A stretch of 64,000 nt of DNA from Octopus vulgaris. Lineage: Eukaryota. The notes under the pieces are model-generated. The model had not been told where the DNA came from, ran no database searches, and saw only the letters and a program-made list of their open reading frames with translations. The stretch lies in assembly GCA_951406725.2 (NCBI GenBank), contig OX597823.1, forward strand, positions 52,018,001-52,082,000, read 5' to 3'. Of this stretch, positions 1 through 12,193 are shown one piece after another; positions within the stretch are counted from its first letter, which is position 1; every line of letters starts with the position of its first letter. The position numbers and the translations under genes are program-made.

Positions 1-20
1 TGTTGATTATGTGTTATTTG

Positions 21-330
21 ACTTTAGCCATGCGGGAGCACTGCCTTTAGCCAAACAAATTGACCCCAGGACTTTTCTTTGCAAGCTGCTATGTATTTTA
101 TCAGTATCTTTCACCGAACCACTACGTTTTGGAGACATAAACACACCAACAACAGTTGTCAAGCAACGGTGGGGTGACAAACACAGACACACAAATATTA
201 TAATGGGCTTCACAAAGCTTTGTTCAACCCGAGACTATAGTAGAAGACACTTGCTCAAGGTGCCACACAGTGGGACTGAACTCGGAACCATGTGGCTGGG
301 AAGCAAGCTTCTTACCACCCAGCCACTCCA
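21..330 (-). mobile_element. tRNA-derived SINE, family A (internally deleted copy)
   Basis: Matches the copy at 9268-9669; head on minus strand has A-box/B-box-like motifs. Confidence 0.85.
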
Positions 331-500
331 TATATAAACACTACCATATGTGGATATATATTAATAAATATATACATATTTACACATAAATGTGTGTGTG
401 CATATGTGTACGTATATATATATAATCAAGGAAACTACAAGGAATCTTGTGTAGTGCTGCATTGGCAAGATTTGAAAAAGTACAGGTAAAATTTAAAGGA

Positions 501-748
501 GTACAGTGAGCTTGCTGTGAGGAGTAGAATAGCCAATGTTTTAGATGTAATCCTTCATCGGGGAGTAGAGAAAAAGTGAAGTTGAAGAATGACAGAGTTC
601 TACATCTCAGTCATTAGTTGCAGCCAGATTTTCAAGCCGAGATGTAAAACTGTTCATCTTTCTTTAACTTATCTTTTTCTCTACTCTCTGATGAAGGATT
701 ACATCCAAAACATTGGCTATTCTATTCCTCAGAGCAAGTTCACTGTAC
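501..748. repeat. Foldback palindrome (~105-bp arms) with decayed hammerhead-like motif in each arm; Penelope pLTR-like
   Basis: gtacagtgagcttgct...tacatctc is the reverse complement of gagatgta...agcaagttcactgtac; right arm carries CTGATGA-A-GGAT-tac-ATCC-aaaac. Confidence 0.8.
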
Positions 749-769
749 CCATTTCACAATATATATATA

Positions 770-1140
770 TATATACTACATGTACAGGGAACTCTGTCTA
801 TGGGTGTGTTTGTTTGCGGAGTTGTTAGCTAACTCTGCCTACATTGTTTTATCAATTTTGATGACACTTGATACGTGAGTAGAAATCATGTCTGGAAACC
901 TCATGGCATACTCAGATTGTTGAAAAATCGATAATAGGGCCCCTGGAAGGGATCTTTATGCATAACTAATATATTTTAACACCCAAGGGAAATAACCCAT
1001 TCAGTTTCCTATATTATTTGCTATAAATCAAATTGAGTATGATTATTTCTTAGTATTTGAACTGTTAGAGTTATTTTCGCAATTTATCCTGTACAACCCT
1101 TAAACAAGTAAATAGTATTTTCCTAAATAATAGATCCACT
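770..1140 (+). mobile_element. Probable Helitron 5' non-coding end
   Basis: tatatacta...tctgtctatgggtgtgtttgtttg...ctaactctgcctacatt resembles the 5' ends of the Helitrons at 39478 and 60768; lies just upstream of a RepHel fragment. Confidence 0.45.
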
Positions 1141-1312
1141 TATTTTAGTTGGTGACTTATTCCCAAATGTACCATGAATGATGATAGCTTTCATGTCACT
1201 TCAGCCAATTCACAAGTGCTGCATGAAAACTGTTCTGCTTTTAGACAAATGTACTGTCAACACAAAGGTCACAACCTGTTTACATGTAGGAACACCTTAA
1301 AATCTATCTTCC

Positions 1313-2000
1313 TGTACATCTTGAAAATGGCCAGTGTGTATATTTCACAGAAGGCAATGCTCAAAATGTAGTTCTGAATCCATAAAAACCCACTTTGACA
1401 GCTTTCTTCAAATCATGCTAATGTGATGTGTTTGCCCTAATACTGCTGTATGTAGAGGTCTCCGTGTGCTATACCTGGGCACACAATAGATGGAACACAC
1501 ACAAGCAAGGAACAGGCTTTGAGGGCTGGGAAGAAGATGCTGTCTTCTGGAGAGGGGCCATCAGGCAGGTGTACACTGTGCACCCTAATCAGCAGGAGTG
1601 CTTCTTTCTGCACCTATTGCTATACACTGTCACAGGTCCTACATCACTCACAGACTTTCAAAAACACAATGGGAAGTCTGCACGACCAATAGAGAAGCCT
1701 GCGCCAAACATGGTCTACTGGAGGACGATGCTCACTGGGACCAGACACTGGAGGAAGCAGCAGTCAGTGCAGCATTAAGTCAACTGTGCCAGCTATTTTC
1801 TATCATGTTGATGACATGTGGTTTTCATGAACCTCACAAGCTCATGAAACCAGCATACTAGAGGACATCTAGAAAGGATTCAAACAAAAACCTCAACGGA
1901 AATTACCACGTTCAATAATGCATTTTACAATGAGGCATTACTTGACCTGGACACCCGAGTGCAAGTTATAGGAGGTCAAGGCAATTCCACATTTGGTTAT
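1313..2000 (+). pseudogene. Helitron RepHel fragment (between Rep and PIF1 helicase domains), frameshifted
   Basis: Motifs HLENGQCVYFT, LLYVEV..YTW, VYTVHPNQQECFFLHLLL..VTGPTS, REAC..GLLEDDAHWDQTLEEA across several frames. Confidence 0.9.
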
Positions 2001-2302
2001 TACAAAACTGACTTCACAATTTGGGTATTCATAATTTATTGGGAATTCCTAAAAACAAAATCCTGTATAACACAGTTCGGTATTCTCTGTAAATGCACAA
2101 AATCCGATTTAAGGGCTACATTCTTTGTATTGTTGTTATTGGATTAGCGAAACAATTATGAGAATGGAACCAAGGGATAAGGCCCACTTTTCCGGGAATT
2201 ACCGGGTACGTCAGCTTCATCATCATCATCATCATCGTTTGTATATATATATTATGTATATGTATGTGTGTGTATGTGTGTGTGTTTGTGTGTATGTATG
2301 TA

Positions 2303-2406
<104 letters not shown>

Positions 2407-2448
2407 GAGAGAGATATGTATATACATATGTAAGTATATGTATATGTA

Positions 2449-2600
2449 CGTTAGAAAGGGCATCCAGCCGTAGAAACATTACCAGATCAGACTGGGTCTG
2501 GTGCAGCGTTCTGGCTTCCCAAACCCCAGTTGAACCGTCCAACCCATGCTAGCATGGAAAACGGACGCTAAATGATGATGACGATGATGATGATGATGAT
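2449..2600 (+). mobile_element. RTE-type LINE 3' tail / RTE-tailed short element ending in (GAT)n
   Basis: Same sequence as the 3' end of the RTE fragment at 20900-21060 (aagggcatccagc...catgctagcatgga...aaatgatgat). Confidence 0.8.
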
Positions 2601-2853
2601 GTACAGATGAAAACAAATAATACTAATTTTGATTTATTTTTATGAGTACACATATATGCAAACACTCTCAAATTTATATATACTTATTTGAGGACATATA
2701 TTAATGTACATGCCAGTGAAAGGTTATTCATACGCTACCCATATTATCTGCTTGTATATGTCTGTTTGCAAGTTTACAAAAATCAATCCATACATTTTCT
2801 GTGTTTGTATAGACTTACATACATATATATATACACGTCATTTATATATATAA

Positions 2854-2885
<32 letters not shown>

Positions 2886-3368
2886 TCATATGTATGTATG
2901 CATGTATGTATGTATGTATACATATACGTACACACATGCACATATATATACATATATATATATCTTTAACATCATCATTATCATCATCATCATCGTTTAA
3001 TGTCCATTTTCCATACTATGCACACACACACACACACACATACACACACTTAAAATCTATAGATTTATGTTTATACACAAACATATAAAAGCAGATAAAA
3101 ACATACAAATGAAAACAGATGAAAATATATGCATTCATTAGAAATATATATTGATATCCAAATGTATTTAATAGTTTCTCAAATACTGCCAAAATTTTCC
3201 ACAAAATGTACTCTACTTCTAATACATTATACAAAAATTCTGTCAATTTTAAAATCCCTATTTGATTTATAGCTTTTGTATTTAAGACTATCGTTTAAAA
3301 ACATGCCATATGCTTTAGAAAATAATATTCTGTTAAAGTTTATTCCTCACAGTATGTGATATTAATGC

Positions 3369-3415
<47 letters not shown>

Positions 3416-3580
3416 GTGATATCATATACTTGAAATATAATGTATATATGTGTTGAGTATACCCTCATCTCTGCTTCTTCCTTCTTTGTTATCTATTTAA
3501 TTAAAGAAATACCAGCGAAAACCACAAGTTTCCCATTCTTATTGTTATTATATCCATTTTCTTCACACACACACACATAT

Positions 3581-3730
3581 CATCATCATCATCATCATCG
3601 TTTAACGTCCGTTCTCCATGCTAGCATGGGTTGGACAGTTCGACCGGGGATCTGGGAAGCCAGAAGGCTGCACCAGGCTCCAGTCTTATCTGGCAATGTT
3701 TCTACAGCTGGATGCCCTTCCTAACGCCAA
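3581..3730 (-). mobile_element. RTE-type 3' tail
   Basis: Reverse complement of the 2449-2600 family, with (CAT)n on the left. Confidence 0.8.
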
Positions 3731-3745
3731 TATATAATATATAAA

Positions 3746-3890
3746 TTAGAGAAAAACCACAATCATGCAATTCAAACAATGATAGACCAAATCATAATGA
3801 AAAATAAAATATATTCTAAAACATATGACTAGATCAGAAAAAGTACAAAAATGAATAAACAATATATAATAAGTGAACAATATATAATAA
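3746..3890 (-). repeat. AT-rich dispersed repeat shared with 33292-33430 (Penelope pLTR-like)
   Basis: tagagaaaaaccac...ctagatca.aaaaagtacaaaaatgaataaacaatatataataagt present at both loci. Confidence 0.7.
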
Positions 3891-3925
3891 TTGAAAAATG
3901 AATAAACAATTATGATATGAGGTTT

Positions 3926-3979
3926 GTGCCTGAAGAATATGTTTGGGTATTTCTCAAAATATGAAACTATTAGTAGTGC
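3926..3979 (+). ncRNA. Type I hammerhead ribozyme motif
   Basis: GUGC-CUGAAGA-stem II (AUAUGUUUGGG/CUCAAAAUAU)-GAAAC-UAUUA-GUA-GUGC; core complete, stem I formed with two G-U pairs. Confidence 0.65.
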
Positions 3980-4045
3980 TTTAATACATGTATTGTGCTC
4001 TTTAAATAAATAATATTCATCTCTGGATATGTATGTATGAATATG

Positions 4046-4077
<32 letters not shown>

Positions 4078-4159
4078 CATGTATGTATGTATGTATGTAT
4101 GTATGTATGTATGTATGTATGTACATACAATGTGTGTTCAAAAGTATCCAACTTTAATC

Positions 4160-4590
4160 TTTTTGCCACCCCAGTGAATGTCATGTTGGCAAAATCCTCT
4201 GGATGGGAGATGATGCCACCCTTCCTGCACATGCTTTGCACTGTAGGCCACATTAGTTCCCAACTGTGGAGGAATTACAACCGTGTTTCGTGGTCTGCTA
4301 CCACAACAGCTCCTTTATAGGATCCAGTTAGCTCAAGACATCATCAGGAGGAACCACATCCGGTTTCGGCCCCTACTCCTCTACCGTTTTGATGTGGCAG
4401 CCTCCCCCCCTTTCGGAGGTGTCTTCAGCTCTGGTGTTGGGTGCATGTCTTCTTTATTCTTCTTTCTTCTGTTCCCTGGCCTCTTCGATGTATCGTCAGT
4501 GAGTGTCAGCCGGTGACTGACTGTCTTGTCAAATTTCTCCCTTTAAATACCTGCTGCTTAGGCTCCAGCAGGCAGCCCCAGCAAGTTGTA
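4160..4590. other. GC-richer unclassified segment, possibly a decayed retroelement 5'UTR/ORF1 fragment
   Basis: Clearly higher GC and CpG than flanks; broken reading frames on the minus strand; no motif recognised. Confidence 0.3.
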
Positions 4591-4866
4591 CATAGTGTAC
4601 AGATGTGTAGTAGATACTCATCAAACTTTTGTTCTGATACAAGATCTCCAAATACATCAGAGACCATAAATTTATGCCTCATATATATTCTAAGCCATTA
4701 GTTGCTACCATGATAATTTGTGTTTACTGATATACCAACATACATCGTTACCACTCAACCAGTCCATATTTTTACATAAAACTACGGTTTCATATAGGCT
4801 ACTTATTATTCTTCTGATACAGACATGCATACATATATATAAATGTGTGAGTGTGTATTGTTGTAT

Positions 4867-5258
4867 TGTTGTATTTCGGGATGGTTATTTTATTTATTTA
4901 ATTTTTTTTTTCTGACAAATATACACATGCACTATATGTTCATTCTTCACTCATTTATTATTGTTCTTATTTTAACTCAGGTCCATTGTCAGCCTGAAAT
5001 CTTTTGTCACACATCTGTGACCTCTTCAACAACACTTTCCGTCCTTCGTGTGTGCTCCTGCTTACAATAGACTAAGCGGAGCAGGAGCATACATGAGGAC
5101 AGAAAGTATCACTGAAGAGGTCACAAATGCGTAATGAAAGATTGCCAGACAATGGACATGAGTTAATATATGAACAGTAATGAATGAGTGAAGAGCAAAT
5201 GTATGGTGCATGTGTTTATTTGGTAAAAGAAAAAAAATGACCTTCCTGAAATGCAACA
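4867..5258. repeat. Foldback palindrome (~185-bp arms, ~17-nt loop) with hammerhead-like core in each arm
   Basis: Arms are reverse complements (ORFs 4843+ and 5271- translate similarly); right arm has CTGAAGA-G-GTCAC...GTAAT-GAAA at 5112-5139. Confidence 0.85.
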
Positions 5259-5274
5259 TTAGTCTAAACACATG

Positions 5275-5345
<71 letters not shown>

Positions 5346-5351
<6 letters not shown>

Positions 5352-5510
5352 TGATGGGTAGATAGTCGCCATTTTATATTCTTTATATCATGCATGCCCT
5401 TTGTTTTTGATTTTATCAACAGCACAGTATAGAGGGGTCAGCTAGGAACTGTCTGTGAGAAAATCAGCACCATAATGCAATTCACTCTGCCAGAAATTTG
5501 GAAACCACAT
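5346..5510 (+). mobile_element. Tc1/mariner-like DNA transposon 5' end fragment
   Basis: Starts after a (TA)n tract with agggt..., ends in a short reading frame MQFTLPEIWK cut off by the RTE fragment; family assignment from recall only. Confidence 0.4.
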
Positions 5511-6720
5511 TCTTGGCTAAGTGTAAACCACTCTTCAAGGTATTCGTTGATGTGGAGAAGATATTTGGCAGACTTCAGCATTCAGTAATTTGGTGGATAC
5601 TAAGATAACTAGGTGTTGATGAATGGCTTATAAGGGCAATACAAACAATGTACAGAGATGCAGCAAATTAAGTAAGCATCAACACCTATTCCAGAAATAG
5701 ATTAATTTAGTTTTTAAAACAGGAGTCTATCAAAGTTTGATCCTGGTCTCTTCCTTCTTGTCATTGTCTAATAGACTGCCATAGAGGAGTTTCAGATTTG
5801 CTGCCTATAGGACGTTATATATACTTATGATCTAGGTCTTATATCTCACAGCTAAACCCATTGCAGAATTAAAGAGGAAATATCATTTATTGAAGCTAGC
5901 CCCAGAATCAAGAGGCCTCAGGGTATAATTAAGGCTTTAGTGAATAGGACACTAGATAGATCCCAGGTATTTTCAGGGAAAAGATCTTGCTTGGTATGTA
6001 GAAAAGAAGTAGGTATAAAGTCCATATGGTGTACTCAATGTAAGCTATGAAGACACACAAGAGCTGTAGAGGAATCACAGAGAGACAAAGAAAATAAGCT
6101 TCATATGTGATTGATGCATTGGAGCAGTATCTACCATGAGCATACCAAAAATAAACTCTGGCTCACTAGAAGTATAATAGTATACAGTTTTTGTTTCCAA
6201 AAAGATGTAATTAACAGAAATTGTGGTTACTTTGAAAATATAGTAGCCGGACTAAGAATAAGTTCTAAAACGTTGAGGATGCTTCTATCACTGCTAGCAA
6301 CAAATGTCTTTTCCCTCAGAGTGAAGGGTAGTTGAATAATGCTTATATCAGAACAATGATGTTGCATAGTAATGAGACATGGGATTTGAATGTAGAGGAT
6401 TTGAGAAGACTGGAAAGTAATGAAGCTCACATGCTCTGCTGGTTGTGCAATGTAAGAATACAAAGTGCAAATATATTGAGTGAAATATTGAACATAAGAG
6501 GAATCAAAAGAAATGTGCAAGAGAGAACTCTGCACTGGTATGATATGGATGAGGTCAACTCTGTAAAGAAGTGTACATCTCTTAATATAGGTGAAGCTTG
6601 AGGGAGAGGTAAAACCAGAAAGACATGGGGTGAAGTTGGAAAGCGGGTCAAAGGACTTTGGATTTCATGGAGAAAATGACAAGGTATCAGAATAACTGAT
6701 ATGGTGTTCTCAAGAAGAAT
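5511..6720 (+). pseudogene. RTE-clade LINE reverse transcriptase fragment, decayed
   Basis: KPLFKVFVDVEKIF...VIWWILR*LGVDEWLIRAIQTMY, a Cys-rich insert, MLHSNETW...LRRLESNE, GRGKTRKTW; many stops and frameshifts. Confidence 0.9.
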
Positions 6721-6870
6721 TATCCATTTTGATGGAAGTGAAATTCTGGAAACAGAATATGTATATATATAAACGCACATCTGCCCTTCCTCCAACTAAT
6801 TTCCTCCTCAAGACATCTCCGCTACCCATCGTCTATTCAATTTGCAGTACTCTGCTACTATAATTAAAGT

Positions 6871-7070
6871 AAGGTAGGAAGCTAGAACAGTTAGCAGCCA
6901 TGGGCAAAATGCTTAGCGGTATTTCATCCATCTTTACATTCTGCGTTCAAATTCTGTCGAGATTGACATTTTATCCTTTCAGGATCGATAAAATAAGTAC
7001 CAGTTGAACTCTGGGGGTCAATTTACCCCAACCCCAAACTTACTGACCTTGTGCCAAAATTTTAAATCAA
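6871..7070 (+). mobile_element. tRNA-derived SINE, family B (Nin/Deu-like central domain)
   Basis: Matches 46170-46400: gttcaaatt B-box and tcctttc.gg.tcgataaaataagtaccag. Confidence 0.8.
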
Positions 7071-7980
7071 TATGTATATACAAAGTGCTGCATGTAAACC
7101 GTGCCATTGTTGCAAAGCAGACGTAAAAATGGTGATGACGATGATGATGTTGATTGTAATGATGATGATGGTGATGATGATATATATGCATAAATCTTTG
7201 TGTGTTTATGCTCTTTCACTCTCACTCCCTTTCTCTTTCTCTCTCTTTCACTCTCTCTCCCTTTCCCTCTCTCTCTCTCTCTCACTGTATCAATCTATCT
7301 ATTTATTGATAGAGAGAAACATAGAAAGAGAGAGGTAGATACGGATAAAGATACTAATATGTATATGTATGTGTATATACATATTTACAAATACATGCAC
7401 ATATACACACACACCTCACTTATTATACACGGAGGGAGGAAAGAGGGAGAAGGAGAAAATTATACAGATGTGTGTGTATGCTTGTGTGTGTGTGTGTGCG
7501 TCTGCTTTGTGTATGTATGCGTGTATAATTAAATGTGCATTATATCTGTATGTGCGTGTATATGAACTTGCATTTATTGCATATCTGTTTGAGTATGTCT
7601 CAATATATGTATATGAAATTCTAGACAAGAAGAATTTATGTTGCAACATATCTTTGAAAATGTATAAGCTAATGTGGTTTCAGGTAGTTTTATTAGTTAT
7701 TTGATAGAGGTGGGGCTATCTTGCTGTAATTAATGCTAAGCCAATGCCATGCTAGAAAACTGCTTGAATTGAAAGATATTGCTGTGAAATTTCAGTCAGA
7801 TTCCTGTCAAAGAAATTTGGCACATAAAGAAAATTATTCCTTATAGTTTATTTCTTAGATACAGCCATGCACTCTAATATTAGATTATTTATTATCTTCA
7901 CTTCAAAAATCTTTATATCATAAAAATACGACATATATATTTCAGACAGATATAATGTAGGAAATTTGATTAAAATAGTC

Positions 7981-8130
7981 ATAATAATAATAATAATGAC
8001 AAGTAGTGATGATGATGCTGCTGCTGATGATGATGATACGATGATGACTATGGCGAAGGTGGTAGTGATGGCGGTGATGATTATGATGATGGTGATGGTG
8101 ATGGTAGTAGTGGTGATGGTGGTGGTGATG
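7981..8130. repeat. Compound (ATA)/(GAT)/(GGT) trinucleotide microsatellite
   Basis: Directly visible. Confidence 0.9.
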
Positions 8131-8225
8131 AGAATAAACCTTTCTTTATTGGCCAGAAGAACGCTCAACATACAATACAAAATGTGTCATATAAAAAGGT
8201 TACAAAATATGTAGGGATGTAAAAT

Positions 8226-8260
<35 letters not shown>

Positions 8261-8261
8261 G

Positions 8262-8585
8262 ATGCAGACATGGCTGAGTGATAAGAAATTTCCTTCCTAA
8301 CCACATGGTTCTAGGTTCAGTCTCACTGTGTGGTGCATTGGGCAAATGTCTTCTACTATAGCCCCGGTAGCTCCAAAACTTTGTGAGTGGATGTAGTAGA
8401 TGAAAACCCAATGTAATGTGTGTGTGTGTGTGTCTTTGTGTCTATGTTTATCTCCAATCACCACTTGACAAGTTTGATGTGTTTATGTCCCCATAACTTA
8501 CCAGTTTGGTAAAAGAGACTGATAGGATAAGTACCAGGCTTTACAAAAATAAGTATTACAATCAATTTGTTTAAGTAAAATCCTT
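8262..8585 (+). mobile_element. SINE family A, diverged
   Basis: tggctgagtg...ggttcagtctcactg...gggcaaatgtcttctactatagcc. Confidence 0.8.
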
Positions 8586-8765
8586 CCCCACCTGGACAGG
8601 ACGCTGGTCTATTGCAGGATTAGGCACTTTTGTCAGCTGAGTGGACTACAGCAGCGTGAAATGAAGTGTTTTTGCACAAGGACATGTGTTGCCTTGTCCA
8701 GGAATTGAAACCACAATCTTACGATCATGAACCCAACACTCTCAACACCAAGTCATGCACCTCCA
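8586..8765 (-). mobile_element. SINE family C, diverged
   Basis: Reverse complement resembles the head and body of 62264-62515. Confidence 0.7.
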
Positions 8766-9042
8766 CTAATGACATATGCATACCCTCACATAAACATTCT
8801 CTGTACACATATACCTACATAAATGCAGACACACAGCCATTACCATTCACCCATGATCTCATTTTGTCACCCATTTGCTTGCCCTCTACACAACAGCACC
8901 ACTTTCACATATACATGTTTCACTACACTGCTACCCCTTACCCTATACCATTACACCTCGCACACGCACACTGAGTTCATGTCTTCTCCCATCTTGCCCT
9001 CTTGACATCATAAGGTGGCATATACACACATATGTGTATATA

Positions 9043-9111
<69 letters not shown>

Positions 9112-9267
9112 ATATAACCCAATCATAGAATGGAATAGTTATAGATTTAAAGTTATGAATTTACAAAATTTCAGTTGGATTATTTATTTATTTATTTATG
9201 ATTAATCATGTTCATATAACATCTCTGTAAAAATTTAGAAATTATAAATATATTCATTTTTTAAATT

Positions 9268-9669
9268 TTTTTTACTTGTTTCAGTCATTTGACTGCGGCC
9301 ATGCTAGAGCACCGCCTTTAGTCGAGCAACTCGACCCCGGGACTTATTCTTTGTAAGCCCAGTACTTATTCTATTGGTCTCTTTTTGCCGAACCGCTAGG
9401 TGACGGGGACATAAACACACCAGCATCGGTTGTCAAGCAATGCTAGGGGGACAGACAGACACACAAACATACATGCACACACATATATATATATATACAT
9501 ATATACGACAGGCTTCTTTCAGTTTCCGTCTACCAAATCCACTCACAAGGCTTTGGTCAGCCCGAGGCTATAGTAGAAGACACTTGCCCAAGGTGCCACG
9601 CAGTGGGACTGAACCCGGAACCATGTGGTTGGTAGGCAAGCTACTTACCACACAGCCACTCCTGCGCCT
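9268..9669 (-). mobile_element. SINE family A, full length and young
   Basis: Minus strand begins ggcgcaggagtggctgtgtggtaag...gggttcagtcccactg (Pol III boxes), has an internal (CA)/(TA) tract and an aagtaaaa tail; CpGs retained. Confidence 0.92.
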
Positions 9670-10018
9670 GATATTTTGATATTTTTCGTCAAATAGTTAA
9701 GAAGTTATGTTAATCTGATGAAGCATCATTACATATTCAAACGGATTTGGTTATTCTTGAAAAGCTTCATTTGTGAGTGAAGCAGAAACAACTGTAATTT
9801 AAGAGATGTGTCATTTGTTTGTATAAAATTTTAAAATTGAATTGAATATATAATTGTTCAATTTATTGTTTTGGTTTTTCCATTTCTGATTCATATTTAT
9901 ATATAAATAAACTGTATGTTTATTTACCTATTGAAGTAACATTGCTATTGTTGATATAGGTAATATAAACCAGTAAATTCTTTGGATATCTAATATCCCT
10001 TTACACCTAGTTAAACTG

Positions 10019-10067
<49 letters not shown>

Positions 10068-10068
<1 letters not shown>

Positions 10069-10230
10069 TGTTGTGTCTGGGGAGAGTCGTCCTCTTTTAG
10101 TGCCTTATAATTTAATATACTCACCTGTAAAATTTCCACTTATTTCGATTACATTTTTCTAAAATTTTCATTGCACCTTGCAACCTTTTCAATAGTTTTG
10201 ACTCTGTCCGTTATTCCCACTGCATTCCTT
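10068..10230 (-). mobile_element. Probable Penelope pLTR end containing a minimal hammerhead variant (10159-10195)
   Basis: Minus strand CUA-UUGAAAA-G-GUUGCA-agg-UGCAAU-GAA-AAUU-U-UAG; abuts (TA)n; lies downstream of the GIY-YIG-like fragment on the same strand. Confidence 0.55.
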
Positions 10231-10820
10231 TATGTTTGTTTGTGTGCTTGTGTATGTGTGTGTGTGTGCCTATGCATGTATGTATGTATGCATGTGAGTG
10301 TATGCATGTATGTATGTGTGTGTATATGTATATATTTATGTATGTGTGTATATTTGTATATATGTACTCTGCATATTCATGTGTTTGCGTGTCCGTGTTC
10401 GTGTGCTTTTATGTATGTGTGCGTGTGTGTGTGTTTGTATATGCGTGTGTGTACCTCTGTCTACTTGTGTGTGCATGTCTGAGTGTGTGTGTGTGTGTGT
10501 GTTTGTGTGTGTGTGTTTTGCAACTATGTACCATGTTTGTATGTATGGATGTGCATCTCCATATGTGAGGACGTGTGTCTCCATATGTGTCCTTGAGTGA
10601 AGTAAAGTGTGTGTGTGCGTGTGTGTGTATGGCCATGTGTTTCAGTCTCCATTTGTGTATGTGTTCTTGTCTGTTCATATAAACTATGTACCTATCCATC
10701 TGTATGTTGAGCTGTTTACTTTCATATCCATATGCTTTTATAAATGTGCATATACATATATATACATACACCCACCTACACCCACCTACACACACATACA
10801 CACATCTATCCACATAACAG
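10230..10820. repeat. Long degenerate (GT)/(ATGT) microsatellite field
   Basis: Directly visible. Confidence 0.9.
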
Positions 10821-10876
10821 ACTAACTATTCTACTCTACCTGTGTAAACTGTGGGTATGGGGGGGTATGATATCTA

Positions 10877-11068
10877 CTATGTATATTTCCTATTTATTAT
10901 TGGGGAAGTTTCATTTATGAGGATGTACTCCTGTATTTGTCTGAGTGTTGGGTCTTTTGGGTGCTTGGATAAGATGTGGATGTCAAGTTGACCTAGATTG
11001 CCTCCATGTTGGTCCTTGGCATGTTGGTATAGTATGGAGGACTGTTGGTAACTGAGGTATTTTGAATA
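10877..11068 (-). pseudogene. Penelope-like element GIY-YIG endonuclease C-terminal fragment
   Basis: Translates YSKYLSYQQSSILYQHAKDQHGGNLGQLDIHILSKHPKDPTLRQIQEYILINETSPIINRKYT*, fitting the PLE pattern S.L..H...H...IL...R.I.E...I....P.IN. Confidence 0.65.
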
Positions 11069-11129
11069 ACATATTTTACATTATGTCTTGGTTATTAATG
11101 TAGTATATGTCTTATATCATTTATCTTTT

Positions 11130-11528
11130 AGTCTTTTAACTATTTCAGTCATTAGGCTGTGGCCATGCTGGGGTACTGCCTTGAAGAATTTTAGTCAGAA
11201 AAATCGCCCCTAGTGCTAATTTTTTAAATTTTTTGTGAAACCTGGTACTTATTCTATCAGTTTTTACCAAACCGCTAAGTTACAGAGACGTAAACACACC
11301 AACACCAGTTGTCAAGCAGTGGTGAGGGACAAACACAGGCACAAAGACGCAAATACACACACACACACACACAAAATGGGCTTCTTTCAGTTTCTCTCAA
11401 CCAAATCCACTCACAGGGCTTTGGTCAGCCCAAGCTATAGTAGAAGGCACTTACTTAAAGTACCATGCAGTGGGGCTGAACCTGGAACCATGTGGTCAGC
11501 AAGCAAACTCACCACAGAGCCATACCTT
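11130..11528 (-). mobile_element. SINE family A
   Basis: Similarity to 9268-9669. Confidence 0.85.
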
Positions 11529-12193
11529 TAATTTTGTTATACATCATCATACATGTATAAATATTATGGTAACACACACATGCTGTTTTTATTTATTCCC
11601 CATACAGTCCTGTCAAGCTGATCTGTGATAGAAGATGATTCACTTATGGCCAATGAGTGCTTTGTTTCATAATTTATCTAAGACTAATTTAATGCATACT
11701 TCTTGATCACAATTATTTACTGATGTCTTTTGATTAATGTTATTTACACTAAGTTTTAATGTAGCTCATGCACTATAATTTTATTATTAATCATCATGTG
11801 TAATATGCTATTTCTATATAAGAATTTATATACAAACATGTTATTGTTGTTTAGCATAAAGCAATTTCAATGAAGCGGATCCATGGTCAAAGACATTCAG
11901 ACAGTTTTAATTAGGATTAAACTAACAAATGTATTTTTCTATTATTTTAAACATTAAGAACTTATCTGAAGTAGATTTGGTTGCTATTTCTCATAGGTTG
12001 AGTGAGTGCTTAGAGCAGGAGTTCTCATTAATTTTTTTTGTCTATGGACCCCTTTAATTCCTATTTTATTCTACTGGGCCCACATAGCCATTCAATGTAT
12101 ACAAAAAAATTCCTACTGCATTTTATAATTGAAGTTTTTTAGAAATTGTTTAAAAAAAAATTGAAGTATTTTATGTGTTGTAGAAGTATAAGC

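Noticed and set aside
9440-9679. Recurrent ORFs containing [18 protein letters not shown]
   Set aside because: Antisense translation of the family A SINE head, not a gene family.
9716-9745. CTGATGA motif
   Set aside because: No stem II, GAAA or stem I follows.
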